A stretch of DNA of 64,000 nt from Octopus sinensis (taxonomy: Eukaryota). Position 1 is the first letter of the stretch. The number at the start of each line of letters is the position of its first letter. A model generated the notes under the pieces. That model searched no databases. It saw only the letters and a program-made list of their open reading frames with translations, and was not told the origin of the DNA. Shown here piece after piece: positions 12,618 to 25,139 of this stretch. Location: contig NC_043000.1 of the NCBI RefSeq assembly GCF_006345805.1, forward strand, positions 33,728,001 to 33,792,000. Direction: 5' to 3'. Position numbers and translations under genes: made by a program.

Positions 12618-12990
12618 GTTTCCATCCATCTCTTTATCCATCTATCTACCTATCCACCTATCTATTTCAATCGTTCGTTCGACTTGTATTTCACATTTTC
12701 CATTTTCGTATCTTTGATCTCCTTTTAATTGACCTCCCCTCAATTATAATGTTCTTTTCTGGTGATTCTGGCAGAATCTTTACCTCTCCGGGCAAAATGC
12801 TTAGCGGCATTTCGTCCGTCTTTACGCTTTGGGTTCAAATATCGCCGGGTATAATGATGTGCCGGATCCAATTGAATCGAGGTATTTTAATAATAAAGAC
12901 ACCAGTTTCAGGCAGAGATGTCATTGAATGTATGAAGGTAAGCTTTTCATCTTCGTAGGTGAGATTACATGTGGGTAAACACCACACACA

Positions 12991-13030
<40 letters not shown>

Positions 13031-13455
13031 ACACATATATATATATATGTATATCTGTGTCTGTATGAGTTAGCGGTTTAGTAACCATCTAAGGGATAAT
13101 AAATATCCAATATACTACTGGATGTATACCTACGTATTTATATCCAAGTGCTTACTATTGCAGGGCAATATCGCAATTGAATAATAGTTATGGGTGGGGA
13201 TAAAACAGAAATTTACCCAGAATTTAATAGGCAAGTAAGAAAATGGAGAGGATAATCAATCGACAAACATCGTCTATTTAATTACTTGTTTATTTGCTTA
13301 TTTCATTTGTTTAGTTTGACTACTTATACAAATGATGTTAATCAATTAATGAATAGATATAAATGAACGTCTACAGGCTGACATTTATAGATTGATTATC
13401 CTCTCCATTTTCTTATTTGCCTCATATATATATATACAAAAAGATACATACATAT

Positions 13456-13511
<56 letters not shown>

Positions 13512-13514
13512 GCC

Positions 13515-13703
13515 ATGATTGCGCTAGCCACTAAACCTTTTTTTATATTTTCTCTCTCTGCTTATTTCTATGCTCCTTTCTGTTAAAGAGTGTAGGCTCG
13601 AAATGTAAAAGACTTTCTCACTTCCCGAGCATTAAACTAATACATCTGGTTTTTGTTTACACACCCGTCTTCGTACTTTATTATTTTTTTGTAAATTCCA
13701 ACG
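13515..13703 (+). mobile_element. ~190-bp hammerhead-like repeat, copy 2 (degenerate core)
   Basis: ctttctgttaaagagtgtaggctcgaaatgtaaaagac plus the shared flanks. Confidence 0.6.
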
Positions 13704-13718
13704 ATATATATATATATA

Positions 13719-13752
<34 letters not shown>

Positions 13753-14477
13753 GTGTGTGTGTGTATGTATGTATGTATGTATGTAGGTAGGTAGGTAGGC
13801 AGGTAGGTAGATAAATTGATAGATTGACAGCTAGTTCGATATATATTTATATTTTGTATTTTCATGGCATATAACCTGTCAGAAAGCTACCATTGGTTTC
13901 ACGTTTACTATTTCACTTGGCAATACAGACGATTCTTCAGACCGGCTGGCTGGAAGTGCATAGCCTCTTTACTAACGGAGGTGAATATATATAGAAATGA
14001 GACGAAAAGACTTTGTAGTGAAAGAGTTATCTTTTCTTGAACGATTCAGGCTGTGTCGCAAATGGGTTTGTGTACTCTATACCCTTTCTTTATTCCGTAC
14101 AGAGGGAAGACTACGTTTCCAAAATGAGTTAATCTGTAATGATGGCTGAATATTTTTTAGAATTTAAGAAGGCACTCGGGTTGTGTGAATGTTTTACGAT
14201 TATTGTCTTCTCGGCCAAACAATGTTTGAACCGTCTGTTTTTGTAGAGTATAGCTCAAGTTTGTTTCAGCTGCTTCCAGTGGATTTTGTATGACGTCCCC
14301 GCTTATTGGGACCTCCACTGCTCCAACATATTTCCGTGTGTGTCGCATCGTTTCTACTGCTGTCAGATGTTCATAGTCAGTCTCAGAAGGGTCTGGCGAA
14401 TGAGACCTGTCCAACGCCTTCAAAATCTTAAGTAATGTAGTGCTGAGTAAGCACATAATAAATAAGGTTGCAAACTA

Positions 14478-14858
14478 GGACCTACAATTTCTAGAAATGA
14501 GAGCCAAAATTTAACTCGAACAGCCACACAAAAGCTCTAATCTCATATTCGCGGCTGCGAGCAGCAAACTACATCTTTTTTTGGTGAGATACATTTACGG
14601 AATGAAGTAGTTTGATAAAATCTTATCACGTGATTTCGAAATTCGATCAACATAATCTTGTTTCTCGTCAGAGGTTTCCACAATTACTTCGGATTAGAAG
14701 TGATAGCCTGCCTCCCATTCATTCATGATAAAAAAAAAACATTGAAAAGTGGCGCTTAAATTCAAAACGGTTAAAAACCCGAATATTTCACGAGTTTAGT
14801 GCTTTTGTGTAGCTGCTCGAGTTAAATTTTGGCTCCCATTTCTAGAAATTGTAGGTGC
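14478..14858. mobile_element. MITE with ~66-bp TIRs and TA flanks (Tc1/mariner-type)
   Basis: g.acctacaatttctagaaatg.gagccaaaatttaactcga.cagc.acacaaaagc.ctaa.ctc is inverted at both ends. TA at 14476-14477 and 14859-14860. Confidence 0.75.
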
Positions 14859-14906
14859 TAATTAATTTCACCTTTTGGGTTTTAATTGCTATAGCCATCT
14901 ATAGCA

Positions 14907-15115
14907 GGCAGAGGAGCTGACAGAATCGTTAGCATTCCGCGCGAAATGCTCAGCGGTATTTCGTTTGTCTTTAAGTTCTGAGTTCAATTTCCGGCGAGGT
15001 CGACTTTGCCTTTCATCCTTTCGGGATCAATAAATTAAGTACCAGTTGCATAGTGGAGTCTATCTAATCGACTGCCCTGAAAATTTCGGGCCTTGTGCCT
15101 AGAGTAGAAAAGAAT
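14907..15115 (+). mobile_element. SINE family A
   Basis: Diagnostic core with a cctagagtagaaaagaat tail. Confidence 0.8.
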
Positions 15116-15232
15116 GTATATTAATCTATTATATCTTATTTTATGTGTGTGACTATATATATTATATATATATATATAATATATATATATATATAATATA
15201 TATATATATACATATGTATATATGTATATATA

Positions 15233-15265
<33 letters not shown>

Positions 15266-15719
15266 AGGGTTATACGCATTTATACATATACATAGTAAAT
15301 ATGTGCATGTATATACAAACATACATACGTAAGAGGATGCGTAGCGTTCAGTCATATAATAATATAAATCATATATATATATAAATACATATATATATAT
15401 ATATACATACATATATATATGCATATGTAGGCACAGGACATCACGAAACAAACAACATGAAAACTACCCTTCATCAGTTGTTGGCTGTTTTTCTAGTCAT
15501 GTATTTCGAGCAATTAACAACCATATATGCTTCCGATAAAACAGTTGCTCCCGCAAAGCAAATTAAATCAAATTTGGGATTTTGTGGAGGGTAAAAATTG
15601 GTAACACAAACAGGACAGTGAAAATAAACATGATACATACATACATACATAAAAAATATGCTCAGGTGAGCTGTAAGCTTACCACAAGCATATCGCCCAG
15701 AACACGTTTGGTGTTCTAA

Positions 15720-16255
15720 ACTGGTCACTGCAAGATTCAGACGTCCAAATTTGCAGGCTGCTTGGTGTTAGAAACTTCAAGATCAATGGCGATGGAGACA
15801 AGCTATACTTCCTGCACAAATATGGTGGTTGAGGTCTTAAAGCTTTATTAATGGTACATTTCGAGATAAGGCACATTTCGAGATTCTGAAGCAACATATG
15901 CCGTAGAGGAAAGAGGAAAGAGACCGAGATTTAAGACCATGAAATCAACAACATAATTAGGATAGCTGATGAAGTTGGGGATGGGTATGAAATAAGAGCT
16001 GGTGTAGAAGCCTGCTCATGTAGTATTGGTATCTGAAGAGCAAAATAAAAGCAAAGGAACCAGTTGGAGTCAAGGTGTATGGCTACTGGGCAGGAACGAA
16101 CCAATCCGTACGAGGAATAAACTATACCAAGAGATTTGCATTGAATACCAAGAAAGCATAAAAATCAGAAAACATTAACAGAGAACAAAAATAGAACATG
16201 TACGACCAAGACTGAAGACAACAACTACATCATCGTCAACTGTGAGAGAGAGAGG

Positions 16256-16310
<55 letters not shown>

Positions 16311-16860
16311 TGTGTGTGTGTATGTGTGTGAGTGTGTCTTCCTAATTTTTTCTTCCCACGAGGTATGATGCTGTAGCCGGAATAGCCTCATAGTAATTAT
16401 AAAAGAAAACAGAATAATTATAGCAGAGTAATGATAAAAGAAAACACAGACAGAAGTTGACTAAATGGAGACCGGTGTGTCAAAAGAATATGATGAAACT
16501 TAAAAATTAAAACATTCACCAACTTATAAGACAAACGGTTACATATTGTTGTGTGGGGCGACAAGAAAGAGACATGCTCTTTTGTGGAAACCAGGTGTAC
16601 TCTGTATGCCAATGTTAGAAAACTACAAGTGAAAGAGGACGTCTAAGGATTCTTATCCAAGATGCACTTTCAGGTATTGTTACTGGAACAACAAGATATG
16701 TACCATTGCGTCTGGAGTAAAGTAGGGCTGAACTTGGGATCTTGGGGTGAGAACGCAAATCCTTAATTCATAAACTACAAATGATCACGATATCTGGGAC
16801 AACAGGAATCTGCAATACCTTCTTAAGATTTAAAGGATGATGGACAAAACAAGAGATGCG
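15720..16860 (+). mobile_element. Degenerate RLE-type LINE fragments
   Basis: CRLLGVRNFKINGDGDKLYFLHKYGG*GLK resembles the RLY.PRKEGGRGL motif. A REL-like region lies at ~16500-16700, and the 3' end is shared with 24560-24850. Confidence 0.6.
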
Positions 16861-16924
16861 ACAAATCTGGGGGTTCGTTAAAATTAACTCTAAATAAAAC
16901 ATACACACATGCATCACACACAGA

Positions 16925-17000
16925 TGAGTGTGTAACGGATTACCAGGGACACAGGATTACCAGTGACTGTGTGTCCCTGGTAATACGTTACAACACTTAC
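16925..17000. repeat. Short near-perfect hairpin (22-bp core stem, 16-nt loop)
   Basis: gtaacggattaccagggacaca (16932-16953) / tgtgtccctggtaatacgttac (16970-16991), 1 mismatch. Confidence 0.85.
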
Positions 17001-17166
17001 CTAGCGTACCTAATCGTTTAGATCGCCTGTGAACCAAACCACCATACTTTGTATATATGTCTATATATAATGGAGAAATTATACAAAATGTATATACATA
17101 TATATATATATATATTATATATATATATATATATACATATATAAGTATATATATCATTATATTACT

Positions 17167-17212
<46 letters not shown>

Positions 17213-19058
17213 AGCATGCACACGTGTTTATTAAATAAGTGAAAACCAATTAGTTGTGGTACAACAGTTGCTGATCCAGAAGCGCATGCAGGCTTGTGTA
17301 GAAAATAAGAAGTGATAATTGAATATTCCATGTATCAAATATTTTTTGTACCATATGAAAATTATAACATTAATCTTACTAAGGTGACATATGCTACACA
17401 ACTCCAGTGCGAAAGCTACTTTCATTGCTTAGTATGTGATAATTAAATGAATTAAATGAGTGAGTGAAGAGAAAGGAAGAAGTACCATATTTGTTTCAAA
17501 AATGTATTTTGTAAAACAAAATAGTTATAGCGGACGACCAGATGTATGGTGAAATTATGTAAGAACTTCATTGATAAATAAAACAGAGCCCATCATTTTT
17601 GAAACATATGTAGTGCATTGCTCCTTCTTCCTTTCCTTTCATTCACTGATTTATTTCATGTATGTATGTGCATATTCACTTATATAAAATATATGTGCGT
17701 GTGCGCGCGTTTGTAGGTGAGCATGTTTTATTTTTTGCTAATCTCGGTCATTCGACTGCGGCCATGCTGGGGCACTGCCTTGAGCAAGAAGTATATATAT
17801 TATATATTATAATATATTATATATTATAATATATTATATTATATATATATATGTGTGTGGTGTGTGTGTGCGTGTGTGTGTATGTGTGTATGTGTGTAGG
17901 CGTATATGTATGTGTAGGTATGTATATATGTGTGGTGCATATATATGTATATAAATGAATGTTTACGTTTAGTGGGATGAGTATGTGATACTAGAGAGGG
18001 GGAGAGAGAAGAATGAGATGTGGAGGATAAGAGAAGAGAGAAAGAGAGAGAGAGAATCCATGTGAGCCTTTGTGTATGTATATGTATATATGTACGTGTC
18101 TGTGTGAATGTGTATCCATGTATATGTGTGTATGCATACATACGTACGTGTGTGTGTGTGTGTACGTGAGAGAGTGTAAAGAAAGCAATGGCATGAAAAC
18201 TAAGGGGAAGAGAGAAAGAGAGAAGGAGACAGGTAAGAGGAAGGGAGAGTGGAGTAGAGAGAGAGAGAGAGAGAGAAAGAGGGAGAGGGAAAGGGGCGAG
18301 GCATTGCAAAGAAAGTGCAAACTTCATTTGGTGGAAGGGTTATGAAGAAAGTAAAGGTGAGAATGAAATGAAAGAAAGAAAACAGCAGCGAAGAAACGGA
18401 GAGGAAGGAAGTATTAAGGAGAGTAAGGTGCGTGTGTGTATTAAAGAGTGATTGTGGGGATGAGTGAGAGTGAGAGAGAGAGGGAGAGAGAGGAGGTTCA
18501 GGTGTGCTTGTATTCTTGTGTACTTTATATGTGTGTGTGTGTATGTACACGAATCATTGTGTGTATGCGTGTATATGTGTGAGAGCATTTGTGCATGAGT
18601 GCGTACCTGTGTGCATGTATGTGAGCGTATATATATATATAAATATATGCGTGTGCGTGCGTGCATGTGTATAAGTGCGAGAAAGAGACAGTGTGTATGT
18701 GCGTGTGTTTGTTTGTGTGTGTATCTATGTGTGTGTTTGTTTGTGAGCGTGTGTGCGATTATGTGTGTGTGTGCGCTTGTGCGCGTGCGTTTGTGTGTGA
18801 GTGTGCGTGTATCTGTGCTTGTGTGTGTGTGCATGTGTTTGAATGTTTGTGTGTGTACGTGAGTTTGTATGTAAGTGTGTGAGTGCGTGCGCTTGTGCAA
18901 GTTTGTGTGCGTGTGTTTGTGTGTGAGCGTGTGTGCGCTAATGTGTGTGTGGGCTTGTGCGTGTGCGTTTGTGTGTGAGTGTGCGTGTATGTGTGCTTGT
19001 GTGTGTGCATGTGTTTGAGTGTTTAGGTGTGTGCGTGAGTTTGTATGTAAGTGTGTGC

Positions 19059-19111
<53 letters not shown>

Positions 19112-19700
19112 TGTGTTTGTGCGTATGCTTGTGCGCGTGTGTATTTGTGTCTGTGTGTACTGAATGAAACGAAATGGTGAGAATGATGCAGAGGAGAAGG
19201 GAGAGTAGAACGCGTGGATAACAACAATGATGGAGAGTAAGGCGAATGAGGGGAGTAAGGCTGTGCTTGTGAGTGAGGGAGAGGAAACTTGGAGCAAAGC
19301 AACCGGTCAGGCAGCGGAGAGAGAGAGAGAGAGAGAGAGGGAGAGACAGACAGACAGAGGGAAAGAGTGAGAGAGAAGTATATAGAGAGAGAGGGAGAGA
19401 GAGAACAAGACGAAGTGAGAGTGATAGAGTGAGTGAGTGAGACAGAGAGAGAGAGAGCAGTAAAACGGCGAGAGACGGCCAATGTAATGCTGCTGGTTGC
19501 CCAACTCAACAACACAACTGTTGCAAACGGTAAGCTTCGGAATTTTTTCTATTTCCATCTCTCTATCGCAATGTTTCCGTCTTCAGACTCCATGCTTTTC
19601 AGCGACGATTCTTCTAACCGCATTGTTATGATGATGATGATGATGATGATGATGATAATGATGATGACGATATTGATGATGATGATGATAATGATGATGT

Positions 19701-19747
<47 letters not shown>

Positions 19748-19881
19748 GTGATTATTGATAGATGTACTAATGTTATTTGTTTTAAAGCCGTGTGTGCATG
19801 TGTACGTAAAGTATGCACGTACATGTGTGAGGAGCTTGTGTGTATGTGTATGTTCATGTCTATCTGTCTGTCTATCCATCC

Positions 19882-19959
<78 letters not shown>

Positions 19960-20014
19960 TTAGCTGTCTGTCTGTGATGTATGTATACGGGTGCTTATAT
20001 GCATATAAATATGT

Positions 20015-20056
<42 letters not shown>

Positions 20057-20620
20057 GAGTGTATGTTGTGTGTAGGAATGAGTGTTTGTCACTGTCTGTA
20101 CGTGTGTATATATATGTCTGTCTTTTGTCTGTCTAAGTAATCATGTTTGTATGTATGTAAATATGTGTTTGTATGATTGTGCGTCTATGTCTGGCTGTCT
20201 GTCTCGCTCTACATAAATGTGTATATATATATATGTATGTATATATATGTGTGTGCGTGTGTACGTATATATATGTGTCTGTATATACATGTGTGTGTAT
20301 GTATATATTTATATATACTTTGATACACGGACATACATGTATGTATGTATGTATGTATGCATGTATGCATGTATGTGTGTGTATGCATGTATGCATGCAT
20401 GTATGTATGTGTGTGTATGTATGTATGCATGTATGTATGTGTGTATGTATCTATGTGTATGCATGTGTGGGTATGTATATATATATCAAAACATTGTACG
20501 TTGCTGTCGAAAACAAAGCGGCGCTTCGTAGTTTTGTGTGGGAAAGGCATGCACATCACACATTCTGTTCTTTATTATGAATTTCTAATATCCTAGTAAC
20601 ACCTTTTTTTGTCACTGTAC

Positions 20621-20741
20621 CTGCCGGGGGTACCCAGGGTGGTTTCGTTTAGCGGAAACCTTTGACATGGTTTCGAACACGTGAGCTGGCACCAGTAAAT
20701 GGTTCACCAATTCCACTGTGCGCAGTAGTTCCTGGTGTTGT
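20621..20741 (-). CDS. Next coding exon (121 nt): A+QHQELLRTVELVNHLLVPAHVFETMSKVSAKRNHPGYPRQ
   Basis: Acceptor gtgtcttttattggaacAG| and donor CAG|GTACAG. The frame that completes the upstream AT| into ATA (Ile) is open for the whole exon and gives a helical, protein-like peptide. Confidence 0.7.
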
Positions 20742-21327
20742 CTGTTCCAATAAAAGACACCACACGTGTAATGCTCTTTAAAATAACACTAGGAGATGGG
20801 GAGGGTCACCACCACCACCACCACCACCACCACCACCACCACCACCACCACCACCACCACCTCCATTACCATCACCATCACCATCACCATCATTATCACC
20901 ATTATTGTTTGTGTCTCCTTGGTGATAACACCAATAACCATAGTACCATTATTACCACCACCACCACCACCACCACCACCACCAATACCACCAGGCCCAT
21001 CATTGCCTTCCCGCCATCACTATCACCGCAACAGTCACCCCCATCCCCCACTCGACCAACTCCACTACCACTAGCTGATCCCTATCATTCTTTCCACCAT
21101 CACCACCACCACCACCGCCGCAACCACATACCGCCACAACCTCCACACTACAACAAATACTGCAATACGACCACCACGAGGATAGCAACAGCCACCACTA
21201 CCTGCATAGCAACCTGTATCACTACAACAGCAACAACAACAATACTCACTACCACTTCAACAATAACCACAACTACCGCATGCTGTCACGGATATGACTG
21301 CGTTTAACAATTTCTTTTCATACTTAC

Positions 21328-21521
21328 ATGGTTTCAAGATCGATCCTAGTGTACGTCGCCTTGTTTGGTTCGACCAGTGAGTCGTGGATGGACTTTGATA
21401 GAGAGAATCTGTGAGGGCGTGACTGTTCGTGTTGTTGAGCGGTGGACTTAATTCCCCCTCCCATTACCCTTACCCCTTTCTGATGTCCACTCAGGTGCAA
21501 ATATTCGAGCCAGGTGACCAT
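21328..21521 (-). CDS. Coding exon of an unidentified minus-strand gene: (MVTWLEYLHLSGHQKGVRV)MGGGIKSTAQQHEQSRPHRFSLSKSIHDSLVEPNKATYTRIDLET+AT
   Basis: Unique, non-repetitive open frame ending at a strong donor ACCAT|GTAAGTAT (exon end 21328, phase 2). Candidate acceptor ccttatttccgtgtatcccAG| at 21539-21540. In-frame ATGs at 21521 (G at -3 and +4) and 21464. Phase matches the next exon. Confidence 0.7.
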
Positions 21522-22173
21522 CCCCCACCACCCTAAAGCTGGGATACACGGAAATAAGGACATGTATGGAGGTCATCCTCTTCTTAATTACGTTCAGAAG
21601 CAATCACCATCATCATCATTACCATCATCGTCGTCATCCCCCTCCTCCTCGTCATCATCGCCATCATCACCACCATCGCCATCATCATCCTCACCACCAG
21701 CGTACACGCACACACTCACTCACACACACGTGCACGGGCGCGCGCGCAGAGCAGCACTATGCACACATGACCCCATCAACACCACAAACCCTCACCGACA
21801 CTGTCATTCAATTCACCACAACCACCCAAAACTACCACCCGTACAACTGTCCCGCACAACCACTAGACACACGCCAACACCAACACAAAGATCATCAACA
21901 TTACTACCAGGCGCAACACACACACACACACACCGCCACCAATACCACCACCACCACCACTACTACTACCTCCAACATCATACAACAGTTAATTCTATAA
22001 AGACTACCAACAACACCTCTGCACAGTGTTGCTCCCCGACAGTGATGTCATACCAATTGTTAAACTCGATATGTTAATGTATGTGTGTATAGTTGGACCC
22101 CAATATATTCATGATATTGACAGATCAATTAACACGGAACACAGCTATATTTAATATATGTCAATATCACCAT

Positions 22174-22465
22174 GATCACCGTGACCGACCAGGCTATCAG
22201 ATGTTGCTACACATCGCTGGTTACAATGCGCTTCGCATAGTTTTAGCCTTCAAATGACGCCACCCCGCTGGCTAAGGGAACTGGCCAACAGAAGAAAGAG
22301 TGACGAAAGAGTACAGCAGGGATCGCCACCCTCTCCTGCCGGAGCCTCGTGGAGCTTTAGGTGTTTTCGGTCAATAAACACACGCAACGCCCGGTCTGAG
22401 AATCGTAACCGCGATCCTACAACCGCGAGTCCGCTGCCCTAACCACTGGGACATTGCGCATCCAC
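22174..22465 (-). mobile_element. tRNA-derived SINE family B
   Basis: Minus strand reads cccagtggttagggcagcggactcgcgg..taggatcgcggt..cgattc (A- and B-box-like), then ctaaagctccacgaggctccggcagg. Confidence 0.85.
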
Positions 22466-24057
22466 ATATGTTAATATATGTGTGTCTATAGCTGGAAGCC
22501 CTTGATATATCACTTCTATTGACATCACTAAAGAGTTATTTTTGATATCAGATCTTTTTCCTCCAGCATGACGATGATAGATGTTACGGTTGTTGTGTAA
22601 CACACATCAGCCATGACCCCTTACAGAGTCACAATCAAAGGCACTCCAAGCATAGTCATTCCACTCAATGTAGTCCTAAGAGTATCTAGGGATACATTAT
22701 CCAATGTGTCTTAGCCTTTTTTTGTTTTAATACGGTTGGGTGGTTTCTGGAGGTCACTGAGTCATTTTGTACTGGCAACACCCAGAACAATCTGTTCGGG
22801 GTTAGCTTGTCAGCATCTAAACCTGGTTGATAAACAAGGGGTTTTTTGGAGGACCCTACCATGACACAGGAGAGCCAATAATCATCCAATATTTTGTCTA
22901 TATAACCAAGACGAAAGTAAATATTGTTAGTCAGTAGAAAGGTGTCATCTAACAACGTCGTTGTGAGACGCCCATCTAAGGATACAGTGAGCCACATAGA
23001 AATAACACTAGCCATCCCACATCATCACTGATTTAGTCCCAGTCGTCTACCAACCTTGCTACCCTTCTAGGAAATGAAATGTGAGAGGGTGAGGTTGGTC
23101 AGCCAGTGAAGCCCTTCCTCAAAATGCATTCAAGTTCAGCACAGATCAAAATTCGAACTTCTTCAAACCCCAAATAGACGTTGAACCTTTGGTTGCTGTA
23201 GCCAGGGTATCGCGAGCATCTGATACAATTAAATGCCACCACTTCTACAGTTTCCATGTGCTGGGAGTGTAATGGGAACGGGAGCCTCTGTGAAGAATCT
23301 CCAGTCGCCGATGCAAATGCATGCTCCATTGTTTCGGTGCAGGAGACAGAGAGTTTTTCATTTTCGAAAATAAGGGACAGATTACTCACAGCAGGTCAAA
23401 CCAAGAGCTTCTGGCATCGGTGGGAGCAGCCTAGCACTGACGAAATCTTCTTAATAATATTGTTGTGTGTGTGTCTGTGTTTACTGTTTAAAACGGCTAC
23501 TTTTATTCTTGTTATTGTGTCACTTTATGTAACTAGCGCTTGGACAAGTACCCGGGTGGATATTGGTCGACTAAACTGTTGAAGCAGTGCTCCAGTATAG
23601 CCAAAGACCAATGAATGAAACCATTAAAAAAATACAAAATATATTATATATGTATATACCTATGTGTATCTTATTTACATCCCCCCCTCCTCACACACAC
23701 GAATATAGAATATTGCGTTGAAAAACCCTTTGGATGGAAAAAGTCAAAGGTTGCCATTGGATTCGAATTTACATTTTCTGCGAACATGTGAGATGTGCTA
23801 CCATTACACCAAAGCAGCATTTCAAATTGTTTCCATCCATTCTAGAAGCTTTGTTTTTGTCGGTTTTAACCCATCATTTTAAATGCTGTTGTTCATTCCT
23901 TTAACTGTTTCTACTTCCAAAGTTAAAAGCAATTTATTTCACATCTTTCGAAGTTTCTAGTATTCTTATCACACACACACACACACCCACGCACGCACAC
24001 ACAGACACACACAGACACACACACACACACGCACATTTATCTATCTCTATCTGCCTG

Positions 24058-24111
<54 letters not shown>

Positions 24112-24130
24112 ATATATATATATATATATA

Positions 24131-24311
24131 GGGAGAGTTTACGAAAACAACAAAAGACGAAGACAGGTGGTGTACAAAACAAACAGATGTATTAGTATAA
24201 CGCTCAGGAATAGAAAAAGTCTTTTACGTTTCGAGCCTACGCTCTTCTACAGAAAGGGACACAGAAAAAAACGAGAGAAAAAAATGTGTGTAGTGGCTAA
24301 CGATCTATCAT
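24131..24311 (-). mobile_element. ~190-bp hammerhead-like repeat, copy 3 (best preserved)
   Basis: Minus strand reads CTTT-CTGTAGA-A-GAGC-gtag-GCTC-GAAA-CG-TA-AAAG. Confidence 0.65.
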
Positions 24312-24352
24312 AAACTCATATACATACATACAAACATACATACATACATACA

Positions 24353-24386
<34 letters not shown>

Positions 24387-24499
24387 CATGCATACATACA
24401 TACATACATACATAATACATACATACATACATACATACATACATACATACATACATACATACATACATACATACATACATACATACATACATACACATA

Positions 24500-24850
24500 C
24501 ATACATACATGCCCTCTGAACACCTGCGTTGTTGGAAGAATACAAGGGAATGAAGACATCTGTTGATTATTGTTAACAAGTTTGCAAATCCAGGATCCAA
24601 GATACACTTTCAACTTCATACTTATTATTGGAGCAACAGGATACATACCGACCAGTCTGGAACAAAATATGGCTGAACTTGGGAACTTGACATCTTGAGA
24701 ACTTGTGATCTTGGGAACTTGGGATCTTGGGGAGAGAACGCAGATCCTTAATTCATGTACTACAAATCCTCAGTTCGTACACTACAAATGATCCCGATAA
24801 AAATTTGCAAGCCCTTAAGATTTAAAGGATCATGAGCGAAACAAGAAACT
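24500..24850 (+). mobile_element. RLE-type LINE 3' end with a tandem gaacttgg/gatcttgg expansion
   Basis: Shares ggctgaacttggga..gagaacgca.atccttaattcat..actacaaat...cttaagatttaaagga with 16720-16840. Confidence 0.55.
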
Positions 24851-25106
24851 TTCTTTCACAACCTTGCAACCAAAATTAGCAAATATGACCTGCTAACATA
24901 TCCGTTAATTGTTTTAGACGCTTATGTTGGGGGTGATGGTCACTGTCTCGAAAAGCAAGGATGCGACAGCTGGAAGCAGCAAAGGCTGTACCTGCAATCA
25001 GGTTCAGGGACACCACATCACCGCACAGCCCCTAGAATCGAATCACTAATCTTATGAGCGTGAGAGCAATGTCACTAATCATGCGTGGGTATGTGTGTGT
25101 GTGTGT

Positions 25107-25139
<33 letters not shown>

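Noticed and set aside
13880-13945. Minus-strand CTGAAGA...GAAACCAATGGTA hammerhead-like match
   Set aside because: Stem II needs a bulge and stem I is mostly wobble pairs, so it is consistent with chance.
14157-14456. 99-aa protein-like minus-strand ORF with an acceptor at ~14443
   Set aside because: Other frames resemble the RTE 3' end (RRW..., KRGR motifs), and the acceptor phase does not match exon 20621. It is most likely a decayed LINE.
15679-15897. Minus-strand ORF ending at a GTAAG donor
   Set aside because: The plus strand is an RLE LINE fragment (DKLYFLHKYGG*GLK), so this is an antisense artefact.
23390-23450. Strong GTGAGT donor on the minus strand at ~23389
   Set aside because: There is no convincing acceptor, and the surrounding 22.7-23.45 kb looks like degenerate LINE sequence.
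23740-23820. tRNA-like sequence on the minus strand (also the SINE heads)
   Set aside because: No complete cloverleaf or acceptor stem; these are tRNA-derived SINE heads, not tRNA genes.
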